From assembly GCF_001194135.2 (NCBI RefSeq), contig NC_069008.1, positions 9,462,139-9,526,138 of the forward strand: a stretch of 64,000 bases of DNA, read 5' to 3'. The notes under the pieces were generated by a model that worked only from the letters and a program-made list of their open reading frames with translations, did no database searches and was not told the DNA's origin. Shown here piece by piece: positions 47,357 through 59,904 of the stretch; positions within the stretch are counted from its first letter, which is position 1, and each line of letters opens with the position of its first letter. Both the position numbers and the translations under genes were made by a program. Origin of the DNA: Octopus bimaculoides. Lineage: Eukaryota.

Positions 47357-48013
47357 GATCCTTCATTGTCTATATTGTTTGTATTTTTTTGTAAGAGGCT
47401 CAGCACTTCAATTTGTAAAGACAATTACGTCAATTATTATTGAACTGAGGTAAGAGGTTTAATACCTCGTTTTGTTTTAAAAACAAAAACAAAAAAAGAA
47501 CAATGTTTTCGAGAATACAATAATCAGCGGGCGTTGTTTGCTTCTCCCACCAACCATTTCTTTCATTTCATCATCATTGTGTCCTTCTCCAGCCTGCAAC
47601 TACTTCCTCTATGTGTGGCTTGTATGGCCAATTAAATGAAATAAAGTAACTTGCTTACCAACCACATGGTTCCAGGTTCAGTCCCAATGCATGACGCCTT
47701 GCGCATGTGTCTTCTACTATAGCCTCAGGCCTTGTGAGTGGATTTAGTAGACAGAAGCTGAAAGAAGTCCATCATGCATATATTACATGGAAAAATGTGA
47801 GCATGAAAAGTAATATTAAGATTATAAACCTGAAAAAGTACAGGACAGGTTATTACACCTGTAAAAGTATAGGACAAGCTATTCTAATAAAGTAAAGAAT
47901 AAGAAACTTTTTACTTAAAATATTGCAGCAAAGAATGCTAGTTCTTCTAATTTATCACTCTACAGTTCTCACCTTTTAAATTTATTGTACAAAACTGTTC
48001 AGCTAAAAATGTG

Positions 48014-48621
48014 AGTAATTGTTCAGTTTAAGGATATTAAAAAAGTAAATAAAAATTAAGGGGGAGATAACTAGAAGAGGGACATAAATAAGTCAACTTA
48101 CTGTTAAACAATATAGATATTACAGAGATGTACTTGCATAGCAAGTGACCTGATCTGAGATTGCATGCTGGAATGAAAACAATTGCAGCATGGAAGGTGT
48201 TTATAAGCCATTTAAAACACAAAAGCCATTAAATTCACTTCAACATTTAAATTTAATTTGCCAAAATATTTTTGTCGCTTTGAGACCATGACCTGTTCAC
48301 TAATATTGGAATTGATCAGAATGGCATGTGGAAAACCAGCGTGACTGCAATTCGTTGTTACTGAAACTGAAATCCTCAACTGTGAATCAATCGTGGAGGA
48401 ATCTTGGAATATCACCCAATTAGCTGAATCATGAGACAAGATTCTTCAGCGGTTGTCACAGAATTGACTAATTATGAATTTATGCACATGCAAAAATTGT
48501 AATTCACAATGTTACCTTACTAGAGTGTTTATGTTAACAGTAAGTTGACTTATATCTCTTTACTAGTTATTTCCCCCTTAATTATCATTTACTTTTAATA
48601 TCCCTAAACTGAACAATTACC
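48014..48621. mobile_element. Merlin-type MITE, copy 2 (opposite orientation to copy 1)
   Basis: Same TIRs, with a perfect 8-bp TSD AAAATGTG (48006-48013 and 48622-48629). The internal segment GCTAATTGGGTGATATTC...CACAGTTGAGGATTTC is shared with copy 1. Confidence 0.85.
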
Positions 48622-49119
48622 AAAATGTGTATTAAATGAATATGAAAACAAAAATTTGCACCAACGAACAAGGGTTTGGGGAGAGGACTTATGGAAAATT
48701 CACATGATCTGATTTTTTTCTCTCATGACTTTTAGGAGAGGGCAAAACTTTTGATGAAATTTTATAAATACCTTTCAAATGGCATAGATTACAATTATAA
48801 AGAAATTTGTGGGAAAAATGTTTTACGAGCGGGTGGGGAAAGGATTTTTAGAATATTCATACAATTCAATTTTTTCCTTTGTAGCAAGTTAAAGTAAACA
48901 TTAATCAGCTTTTAACAAAAACTTAAAAGATTTATCCAAAAACAAAACAGCACATTACAAATTAAATATTTAAAAAAAAACATTTTGTTGACCAGTTCAT
49001 TAAAAACGGAATTTAGAAATGTATTTGAGCAATTTCTCGAACAAATCACAGTTTTCATATCTCCTAAACTACATAAATTCACAGAGATATGAATCTACCA
49101 TAGAACAATAAGTGCCACA

Positions 49120-49965
49120 GCATCATTTATTACCTTGCTTTACAGAGTGTGGGTACCATCTTTCGAGTTAAACTCAACGCTGTGGTTCACTATTCTATGT
49201 TCGAAATTGTAATCATCAATTTCAGGAATGTGAGAGTACACTCTCCACAAATCGCTGAAAACTGACTCTTGGAAGAATTGTGTGAGGTATGCATTCCTCC
49301 AGTGTTTCACGGTGGTATTGCATAAAGAAAAACCTGTCTGGTCTCATGATACACTCCTTCGAAAACCCACTGCTCAGGTAGGACCTTTTCTCAGTTGTAC
49401 TTCCGTCTTTAAAAGACTGTTTTGTCAATCTCAACAATCTTCTCAAGACTACCAACCTTAACTGGATGACAGAGCCAGTCCTCCACACATACTTACCTAA
49501 CATAGCTGTTATGATCAACAGCTGTGCAATGGCTCGTCCTCAGTTCTTCAACACAGAACCAGACTGAAGTCAATTACTTAACCCATGAGTAAAGGAAAAG
49601 CACTACAGTCCTAAGTGGAATGGTGCCACTTTCAAACCATGTGTCTTTCCGCACTGACAAACTCCGTGCATCCTTGGTGTGAGCATCACCAATACATATT
49701 CCCACTACATTTTTGTACTTCTTTATTTTACATTATTTTCTTTTGGTTATAACGCCCTTTTCTTGCAACTATGAAACCGCATCCTCCTCTGGTGTTTTAT
49801 TTGAGACATTTGGCTGCTATTTTTTAGTACATATGACAACCATCTCAATGACTAGAATATACTTGTCAACGCATGCTTTCTCATGGATAAAAGAGTTCTC
49901 ATCTGGCTTGTTACTATGAAAATGGGCATGAATGTGTTTGTGGCTTATGATTGGCTAAAATTACC
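49120..49965 (-). mobile_element. Degenerate Merlin (IS1016/ISXO2-like) transposase
   Basis: Across frames: SVRKDTWFESG, VEIDKTVF*RRKYN...PEQWVFEGV..ETRQVFLYAIP, SDLWRVY..IP..D.YNFEHRIVNHSVEFNSKDGTHT. A GGTAATT terminus-like motif ends at 49965. Confidence 0.75.
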
Positions 49966-50099
49966 CAAACTTTTCAAACTTTAAAAGCTAATAACTCTTT
50001 ATTTCTTGATTTATGGCAAAAATGATTTTCATGATATTGATTAGCATATAAAACTATATCATTACATTGAATATGAAATTGAAATTGAAGGGATTGAAA

Positions 50100-50900
50100 A
50101 TTGGCAGCCAAACAGAAAATTTTTTCTAATATTGGAGGGCTGTTGCCATCTCAACTGTAAAACAAAAATCTCATCCCTGAGAGACCTTGCTGCATGCAGT
50201 CGAGCTCTATACATAGTACTTGTGGAAACACATCTTAGACCTGACATAGAGGATGCAGAAATACATATACCACAATATGTTCTAATACACTCAGATAGAA
50301 AAAAAAGGAGCTATGGTGGAGTTACTGTCTACATTTGAGAGGACCTCGCACCCTAGGTCCTGCTGCCAAATATTCAAATTCAGTGTGTGATACTCAAATT
50401 GAACATATTGTTATATGCACTACATATCACCAACCAGATGTTTCAAATCCTACAGGTAAGTTTGAAGACTGTCTAGCAAAGATAGAAGTTCTCACCAAAC
50501 TGGAACAACATATCAGTGTATTCCTTTTGAGTGACTTTAACTTCCCCAAAGTGAGATGGCCTGAGGGCCAGATGCTGCCAGGAATGACGCACCACCAGCA
50601 AGCACAGGTGGAGTCCCTTCTACACCTTACCAATGCTTCTTTCATGGAGCAAATTGTGCTGCAACCAACCAGGGCAAATGATATACTGGATCCCTGCTTC
50701 ACAAACAATATGGACATTATCCATAATGTTAAAGTGACACAGATGCTAATCTACGATCACAACATAATAAAACTGTCTGTGTATGGACCAAAAGCCCCTG
50801 CATGCATACAACCAATACAAAGCTCTCGAAATCTCTCCAAACTGAATTTTCATAAAACAAACAGGATTGGCTTAAATGTCTTTCCACACCAGACATTGAC
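50100..50900 (+). mobile_element. CR1/L2-like LINE APE endonuclease fragment
   Basis: LVETHLRPDIEDAEIHIPQY..IHSDR...GGVTVYI, SDFNFP.V.W, EQIVLQPTRANDILD..FTN, DHNII. Confidence 0.75.
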
Positions 50901-51436
50901 ATGAAACACAAACATTTCATATCCATAATGCAAGCCATATGTGACAAATGTTTTAGTTTATACCTAACTAGACTCACATTCTTTATAATGATGCTCATAA
51001 GGATAAATATGAATATCCGAAATCATTCTCTACTATTTCCTTTATCAAGTCCTCTGTAATAATCTTTTGTTAATACTTCTTGCACTGAGAACAGTGATAT
51101 ATATAATTAATTTAATTTAATCAAATTAATTTTATTATTTCTATTCTACCATGTATTTGCATGTTTTAATATCGCTGTTTGAAACAATAGTATGCATGAA
51201 TTAAAATTCTAAATTTTAAGATCTCTTTTCCATTTTTAACAAATTTGTTGAGTTTTATGGGATACCTTTCCATAAATTGACGTAACACACCATATACAAG
51301 TGCTATTTTTATATTCGCAAATTTACGCCAGTAAGCTACCAGCAAAATATGAAGAATCTATATTAGAAATCGTTTTTTGGAATCCTCCAAATTAAAGGAC
51401 GAAATATAATTCAACCTTTTCACACACATATATATC

Positions 51437-52030
51437 ATCATCATCGTTTAACATCCGCTTTCCATGCTAGCATGGGTTGGACGATTTGACTGAGGACTGG
51501 CGAACCAGATGGCTGCACCAGGCTCCAATCTGAGTTTCTACAGCTGGATGCCCTTCCTAACACCAACCATTCCAAGAGTGTAGTGGGTGCTATTTCGTGC
51601 CACCGGCACGAGGGCCAGTCTGGCGGTACTGGCAACGACCACGCTCAAAATGGTGTTTTTTACGTGCCACCTGCACAGGAGTCAGTCCAGCAGCACTGGC
51701 CACAACCTCACTCGAATGTTTTGTTCATGTGCCACCAGCACAAGTGCCAATAAGGCAACACTGGTAGCAATCACGCTCAAATGGTGCTTTTTACGTGTCA
51801 CCGGCACGGAACCACACAGCTGCTTGGGTGGAGCTGTTAGCGCTCCACTGGCATGGGTGCTAGTCATCGAATTTGGTTCAATTTCGATTTCACTTGCCCC
51901 AACAGGTCTTTGCAAGCAGAGTTTAGTGTCCAATAAAGGAAAGTTGGCATAGGTGCCAGTCGTTGAACTTGGTTCGATTTCGATTTCACTTGCCTCAACA
52001 GGTCTTTGCAAGCAGAGTTTTGTGTCCGAT
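51437..52030 (-). mobile_element. RTE 3' UTR/tail with internal ~60-bp and ~97-bp tandem repeats
   Basis: (TGA)n tail at 51437. The duplicated unit TTCGATTTCACTTGCC.CAACAGGTCTTTGCAAGCAGAGTTT occurs at about 51882 and 51978. Confidence 0.7.
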
Positions 52031-52034
52031 GGGC

Positions 52035-55000
52035 AGCACAATCTTTATTATAGATTCAGCTGATAGCTGTACTCTGCCTAGGTGTGACAACATGTGTTCA
52101 ACGTAAACTATCAAGCCTGAAAGTTTCCGACAGTGTACAGAAGTGTGCAGGACAGTTTCATCCTCCAGCCCATATCTTGGACATGTCGGTGGCACTGACA
52201 TTTTGTGCCTGGATAACTTCTCGTGAACAGGTAAAGCACTCCTGTAGCACTGCCAGGTCGGGGATTTTTGGTAATTATCCAAATACCCCAGCTCGAAAGT
52301 CTTTTGGAACAGGTTGGTAAGTTGGTTCTCATCAAACCCCAGAACCTCTCCTTGGATGTCATCGTTTTTAAACTCTACCAGCCCTCTATACAAAATTGAG
52401 GTGGTATTCCCATTGCCGGCCTTGCCCGTCTTGTGGATCAGCACAAGTGTCTATCGACACGCCTTTTGCCATTCTGTCAGATTGCGTCTTTTAATAAAAC
52501 CGAGTTTGAGTCTCTTCAAAGAGGCTGGTCACGGGAAGAATTTCTCTGCCAGTGGATTCCACACCTTGTCACCTTCCAGGTAGCGCCAGAGATGTCTCAG
52601 CTTCAACACATGTTTGCGCATCATAAGCCAGGGCATCTCTAACCAACCCTTTAGCGGTTCCTGGCAGCAGACTGGAGCGCCTTACAAGTGACTTTCCTCC
52701 CTTCCGCAAAAAGGCATTCCAACTTGTTTAGCCATGAGTCAGTGCAAGGGACAACGGTTAGGCAGAAGGTGATTACTGATGCGAGAAGCACCTGTACCAC
52801 TTCCGCCCTTCCTTTCAGAGATAGAGCCAGTCCGGACCAGGTCTGAACTAGAGCTTCCACCCTGTCTGTCACCATTCTTCTCCGTTTGGGAACCCAGTCC
52901 AAACCAAACTCCAAGCAACTTAACAGGACCATCTGTCCAGTGACCCACGACACTGGACGATACCAGCTTGCTCCTCCAGGTGCCGAGGCGCAAGCCGATG
53001 GACTTGTCCTTGTTAACTTTTGCTCCTGCCACCACCTTGTATCCTTTGACCTGCCCAGAATGGCGCATGTCTGCGCCTTCCCTACAAGCTTCTCCACAAT
53101 ACGCATCAACCTTTTTGCTAACACCTTGGCCAAAATCTTTAACTCCACATTGAGTAGAGTTATGGGCCTATAATTACTTATACTATCCCCGTTGCTCGGG
53201 TCCTTCTGGATCAGCGTCACCACTCTCCAACTCACAGAGCTGGGAATCCTCCCATTCTGTTGCCAGTTTGCATAGACACCTGCCAGCAGGTCCCCGAACA
53301 AGTCCAGCATGCTACGATATAACTTATAGGGTAGACCATCCAGCCCCAGTTACTCGTCCGTGGTGCACTCAGCCAACACCCCTTTCATCTCCGCAGGTGT
53401 AATTGGTCCTTCACAGCATTCGACCTCATGTGCCAAGAGTCGCGGCCTGCTGGTGAGGAAGCCCTTTAGGGATCCCCCATGCTCGAGCTCATCGCCCTGC
53501 CCAAACAACCAGACGAAATGCTGGTGAAAGGCCTTCTGTATCTTTTCCTGTCCATAGATCTTGTGCCCCTGACACTCTACACGATGGGCCCATCCGGCAA
53601 TGTTAATACTTCTTTGCCCACTGCACGTAGCTTAGCTCTAAATCTAATAGACTCTAAACGGATGGCTCTCTTGAGGGCGTGCCACCATCTATTATTAATG
53701 ATGGCACCACATAATGCCCTCTGTATTAATTCCTTAATCCGGGCACGTAAGGCTTGACAAGTCAAAATAGACTTGTTCATCTTCCAGTACCTGGGTCCCT
53801 GTCTATGACATTTATCTATATGTACTTCACACGTCACAAATTTGTGATCCGAGTAAGGCACAATACAAAATTGTGGACAGCTAAAGATATCCCTATCTCT
53901 TTCTCTAACAAATACCCTGTCTATATAAGATCTGCGTGAGCCGTTGTTATTACTCCATGTCCACTGTGGAATGCTTGGCCCATCCAGTCTGTAACGGTCT
54001 ACTAGATGATAGCTCTCTAGTAGACCCTTGAGGCCAGGATTTCCCCACCTATCAGTTGAGCCAACACTATCCACCCATGCGTTGAGTATAGTGTTAAAGT
54101 CTCCTAACAAAACTACCGTTTTTGAGGTCACTGGAAAGTGCTCTAGTTCTTGATAAAAACCAGACTGCCTACACTCTTTAGGAGCATAGACAGCTACCAA
54201 CCTGAAGGACTGTTTACTCTCGTGGGTCACATCTAGGACGACCAGCCTACCTTCTGGGTCCAGAAAGACTACACTTACCTGTAAGTCCAAGGTCTTCTTG
54301 AGGAGAACCACCACACCCCCTCCACCTCGTCAGCTAGGAGAAATAAATTTCTCATAGCCATTAAGGAGGGGCGAGAACGCTTGTGGTTCACTCATCTTGG
54401 ACTCAGTTACAATGCATACATCTATATCTCATGACCTGAAGTCGTTCAGGAGACAAGCTTGTTTCCATTTCAACCCCAGCCCACGCACATTTATGCACCC
54501 TAGCTTAATCGACATGATGAAATTTTATCAAAAGGAATTACTTACAATTTAAGTTTGGGTGGGGACTGCACAAATTTGCCTGCCTCCCTGTCCTTTTCTT
54601 TTGTTGGTGTGGCTGCCGGGCTTATGATTAATTTACCCTTCGCCACTTCCGTGCTGACATCTCGTACATCATCCGGGTAATGCACTATCACTTCTTTCTA
54701 CGGGCCCTCATCCATTAATGCAAAACTAATGCCTGTCAGTGTGTCTTTTGTTCTTTTGTACATATGTGTCTTATGGTGTGATCTAATGTATTTAGACATT
54801 GGTTCATTTCTCTCTCTTAAGGCCACTGTTTTTTTACGTGGTTTTTTGGTGGTGGGGGGGGGTGATAAATGATTTTACCATGGGATTAGGTTGAGGAGTT
54901 TGGTTGTGTGTGTGTCTGTTGCATGCTTTGTTGATTTTTTTGATTGGGGAGGGAAATCAGGGACATGTGTCTTTTTCCATTTATGCATAACTGTGGTAAA

Positions 55001-56110
55001 CTCCATTTCTTAAGTTTCTTCCTTCTCTGATGCGTTCTCCAGCTTGTCTGTCTTTTCCTTCACCTCCTTTGCAGCTTTTTGGGGAGGGACCTCTTTCTCT
55101 TTTCTTTTTCGTGCACTTGGAGCGAACATGGCCCTTTTCTCCACACTTGAAGTATCTGGGCCTATGTCCCTCCACGGCCACTCACGATGATAGCCCCTCC
55201 CCTACAAATACCCTATTGGGCAAATTTTCCAGGACCTCATTCGCTGCTTGGACTACCATTTCTAATATCTAGCCTTTCCAGTTTATGGCATCCTTCTTTT
55301 TCATCTGTAAGATGGACACCTCCTCCTCTGTCGTAAATCACTGCTGCTGCTACCCACATAACTTCATATCCTGCTGGAATTTCATCCACCGTAATTTTTG
55401 CTGTTCTGCATCCCAAGTATGTGGGTAGCAGCATTATCTCCTCGTTCTTTAGTGTCTTTGTTGACACCTCCTTGGCTATGTCAGCTGTTTGGAACTGCGC
55501 TTCGACAGTCGTACTTCGCATTCCACAGTCAACATAGCATACCTGATTCCATATTGGTGCCAAGCACCTCTCCACCACTTCATTCTTGGCTTCTATTATC
55601 CTTTTTCCTTCAGGTTGTAGATTTTATATACTACCATTCTAGCATTGATTGCTTGTACCGTTTCAGGAGGCAGCAACAGTTTAGTGTCGCCACCACTTTT
55701 TTAAAATTAAATTCCGGAACTTGAATAGTTGTTCCATTTTTACCTCCAACTCGGTCACGTTACTGCTCACTGCAGCCGAAAAACTTGGCTTTTCCTTTGT
55801 CTCCTCGTTATTGCTTTTTGAACCTTTTCCCATCTCAGGAAAATCTATTTGGGATTCAATATTGAATTCCATCTCAAAAACTTTTCTTAAATCTTTGTCA
55901 CAAATGACAAATTCACAAAAAATAAACCCAGTAACAGGTAAAACAAACAGTTCAGTAAGTTTTTTCCAAAATAATAATCCAACAGAATTTTCTGCCCCGT
56001 AGGGCAAAAATTACTGTTTCTTCACATACAACAGTTCAAATAAAAAGATTTCAAAGTATAACACAGAAAAATGATGTACGTAAACAGGAACGAACTCACA
56101 TAATGTTTGG
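52035..56110 (-). mobile_element. Nearly full-length L1/Tx1-clade LINE (ORF1 with CCHC knuckle; ORF2 APE-RT starting ATG 54515), inactivated
   Basis: ORF1 pieces at 54981-56007 (FKCGEKGHVRSKC). ORF2: MSIKLGCINVRGLG, GDFN, YIDRVF, SDHK, NYRPITLLNVELKILAKVLAKRL, WQCYRSALPV..CPRY. Most of the RT core is deleted. Confidence 0.9.
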
Positions 56111-56224
56111 TAGCAAAGTGTAACTCATGATGCAAAAGAGTGTTCAGGTAGAGGTGGCACTGCCAAATTCCCGTTCAAAATATATAGTTTTCAAAGTGAC
56201 AACTAGTCACTGATCTATAAATTA

Positions 56225-56566
56225 GAAAATTACTATTTTTAAATCTCACAATAAGAGATATTCAGCAACAGTACTTTGTAGTAAAGATTATTTTCCAACA
56301 TAACATGGCAGTCCTAGTTTAGGATGAGTGTTGCTGTAATTTAGCCCCAGGAGACATTGTCTCCAGCTGGCTATACAACATGATCTTGTTCGAAAATATA
56401 AGGACACAGATGTTGTCACATAACCAGCTGGAGACGATGTCACCTGGGACAACATTACAGCAACATTCATCCTAAACTAGGACTGCCATGTTATGTTGGC
56501 AAACAATCTTTACTCCAAAGTACTGTTGCTGAATATCTCTCGTGAGATTTACAAATAGTAATTTTC
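56225..56566. mobile_element. ~340-bp foldback element
   Basis: GAAAATTACTATTT...ACATAACATGGCAGTCCTAGTTTAGGATGA...CCAGCTGG and its reverse complement, with arms of about 140 bp. Confidence 0.85.
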
Positions 56567-56774
56567 AAATTTTAATGAGTTCAAGTCTCCCATTGAGTAT
56601 TTCTGCCATATTTGGTGAAAATCCATTCAGCCATTTTGTAGTAATTTTGCAAACACACAGATAAACAGGTGAAGACCAGCAACTACATTATCCTGCTTTC
56701 GCTTACATGCACAGAGTAATATAGTGGTAGTAGACAAATATAATTTTAATATAACATTTATTACAACAAAACAC

Positions 56775-57760
56775 TTATCACTCAATATGGCCACCCTTTT
56801 GGGCAATTACTGCTTCCACATAAGAATGAAATTATTTTGCAGCTGCCACAAACTGCCTTCTTAAGTTAGCATGTTACAAGCATGATGCAAGTCTTCAAAC
56901 TGTTGACATTCAAGTGTGGTGAAGCATCTGTCATTGCTTGAAGTATGCCCCATAAAAAGTAACCGAGAAGGTTGAGATCAGGGCTGTTACTGGGCCCTCA
57001 CAAAAAATGGCACCATCTCACCAAGGAAGGCCTGTCTTGCTTTTGACCCATGGCATGGTGCAGAATCCAGGATAAGCACTGTATTGTCAAGCTCAAACTT
57101 TTCCATCCAAGATAACAGAGAGTTCTTCAGGATATCCAGATACTCCTTTGTGCTGATCTTCAAACCAGACTCAATGAAGTGTGGATCCATAACATTTCCA
57201 TCACTCACCACAGCTTCAAATACCATCACAGAGGCAGGATTCTTAGTCTCAAACACAGGGTGTTGTCAGAAGGGTTGTATGCAATCACTCGAGAATTTCT
57301 GCGATTGACTTCAGTGTCCACATTGAACTTCTTCTCATCCACAAACACAAGAGATTTTCCTGCACCTTGATGCTTGGTGAATGACAGAAGCTTTGGGCTT
57401 CTCTCAGCTCTGATTGCTTTGACCTTGGCTGTTAGGAGGTGACAGCGATGACAAATAGTCATGCTAAGGTTCCTGTTCACAATTCTGGGCATGAAATAGG
57501 ACACATTGTGTTTCTTTGCAAGAGTGGTCATGGATATAGATGGGTTGGCTTCAGTCGAGCATTTAAGGCCAGCTACAAACATTGGATTGTGTTTGGAATC
57601 ATTTCGTGTCTTGTTTTCTTTTCTGTCAATCTTTCCCTCTTCTTTAACTTGTTTACATACATGATAAACTGTTGCATTTGGAAGTTTTTTTCAACTTACC
57701 AATTTTATTGGCAGTGTGTCTAGCACATGCCAAAACAACAATGGTGGAACGATTCTGTTG
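56775..57760 (-). mobile_element. Degenerate Tc1/mariner-superfamily transposase (DDxD type)
   Basis: FVDEKKFNVD..VNRRNSRV, NPASVMVFEAVVSDG, LDSAPCHGSKA.Q.FL, and an SPDLNPLDY-like remnant (CAGCCCTGATCTCAACCTTCTCG). Confidence 0.8.
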
Positions 57761-57989
57761 TTCCATGACTTTCTGTTCTCGAATCAGTTCACTATTTACC
57801 TGAAAAATAAAGAGGAGGATTAAATTTTTGAGCAAGCAAGGTTTTGTTAAAAAAATGAAATGTTAAACCCACCAAGTCAACCGCTTAAAAAAATTGGTCT
57901 TAATTTATCTGCAAGACCTTGTATGTGCGTACATACATACAATACAATACATATATACATACATACATTCAAAATTAATAGTATCGATA

Positions 57990-58870
57990 AGTATTGAAAT
58001 TAATAGTATGGATAAAGATATACTTGAAAATTGTTATAATAATAGACATAATATAAATAATAAAGCAAGATATACTCCTTGCATAAATTCTGAGAAGCAT
58101 AATATGGACTATGAGTGTCCCAATAAAGCAAACACTTTGTGGTTCATCATCCCCTTTGCAAGTCAAATTAAAAATAACATAGACAAATCCATTTCCTGAT
58201 CAATACAGAAACACTTAAATAAAGATAAGTATGGTGAATTTATTAATTCTAAATGTATAAGCGTTGGTCATTCCCTATCAAAGAATCTTTTTGTAATTAT
58301 ATCCTCAATTGATAATAGAAAACTAGATACTTTTTATAACAACCATAACCTTAATGAAAATGGTGGTAGGGTAAATTACAATAATAGAAGACATATAGCT
58401 GATATTAACTCCCTTCCTAACTGTAATAATGAAAACGAGTCTATTAATAATAACGTTAATCTGAATTGTGATTAAAGAAAATTGTTAACTTAATAATTGT
58501 AAACAAGGTAACTTAGTATATAGGTGCATAGTTAAATCTCAAGGGAAGAAATACTATTACATAGGTTCAACTGAAACTAGATTTAAATGAAGAATCGCAA
58601 AACATGAAAGTGTTAGAAATAGACATGAAATTAATAATACAAGTCTCAGCAAATTTATATGGATATTAAAGGATAATGGTAAAGATCATATGATTAAATG
58701 GGAGGTTGTAAGCTATGCCATGGCATATATTTCAGATAGAAAATACTACTTGTGCACAGAAGAGATTTTTCAAATAATAAAATCTGAGCATAAATGATTG
58801 AATTCTCAGAAAAAAAAAATTTTAGTTTGTTGCCACTACTCAAAATATTTCTTTAGAAAATTTAATTAGG
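57990..58870 (+). mobile_element. Truncated Penelope-like element (3' part with GIY-YIG), same lineage as 35679-38126
   Basis: WFIIPFASQIKNNI; NLVYRCIV...YYYIGSTETRFK..I.KH...NTSLSKFIW.LK...WEVV..A..Y. Confidence 0.8.
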
Positions 58871-59904
58871 AGATTAAGATTAAACTGAAAATTGGTAGTA
58901 TAGACATATTACCACTACTTACAATATGTCTTTAGAAATGAAATTATGAGTATAAATAGGATATAAAATAAGTAGTAATAATTTAAGCATATAACATCTA
59001 AACATAAATTGATTGGCTTGGGGAAGATGCATATTTTATTTATAGTGATTAACCTTAATATAATTTTAGAAAATCAAATAAATTTACTAAATAGACTATA
59101 AATGTAACCAAATATTAAACTATTCTAATTTGTTATAATTAACCTAGATATAAACTAGAATATTAAATAAATTTATTGAACAGTTAACAAATTAAACTTC
59201 ACATTAAAAACACAGAAATAGTATAATAACTATGGCTTAATTTATAAATCAAACATAAATTAAAATAACAAATATAAATAACATATACTATATCATATAA
59301 TAGTCGAATTTCATTTCAGTAATAATACAGAACATGTACCTTCACTATCTATTGGATAATATAATTACTTTTAATCCAAGTATGGATATTAACCATGCAA
59401 AGAAATTAGCATAAATAATAATAACAATATATACCACGTTACACTATGTAATATTTAAATACATAATAATAGTAATTATAATGATACATTTTAATTTTAA
59501 TACAAATTTTAGGAAGATATAAATTAAAATTTAAGTTTAATTAGTATAACTGTACTTACAAACCTAACATAATATAATCATAAATAACATACACCATGTT
59601 ATGTTAGATCATACCATACTTAAAATCAGTTTAATAGTGATGGTAATAATAAAATTGATCCCTATTACTTAACCGTATAACATTATACATTTTAATTTAG
59701 ATAAAAATTCTATATATCTATCAATGAAATTAATTTTGATGATGTAATACACTAAATAAATCCACATAATAATCATGAACTTATAGAGTAAGCCCAAATA
59801 TGAATATTAAGTACACCATCCCAACATATATCTAAATGTATAAATATATAATGCTATAATAAAGTTCACAGTTCATCTTTTTCCAGAGGGTGTGGCAGTT
59901 GGTC

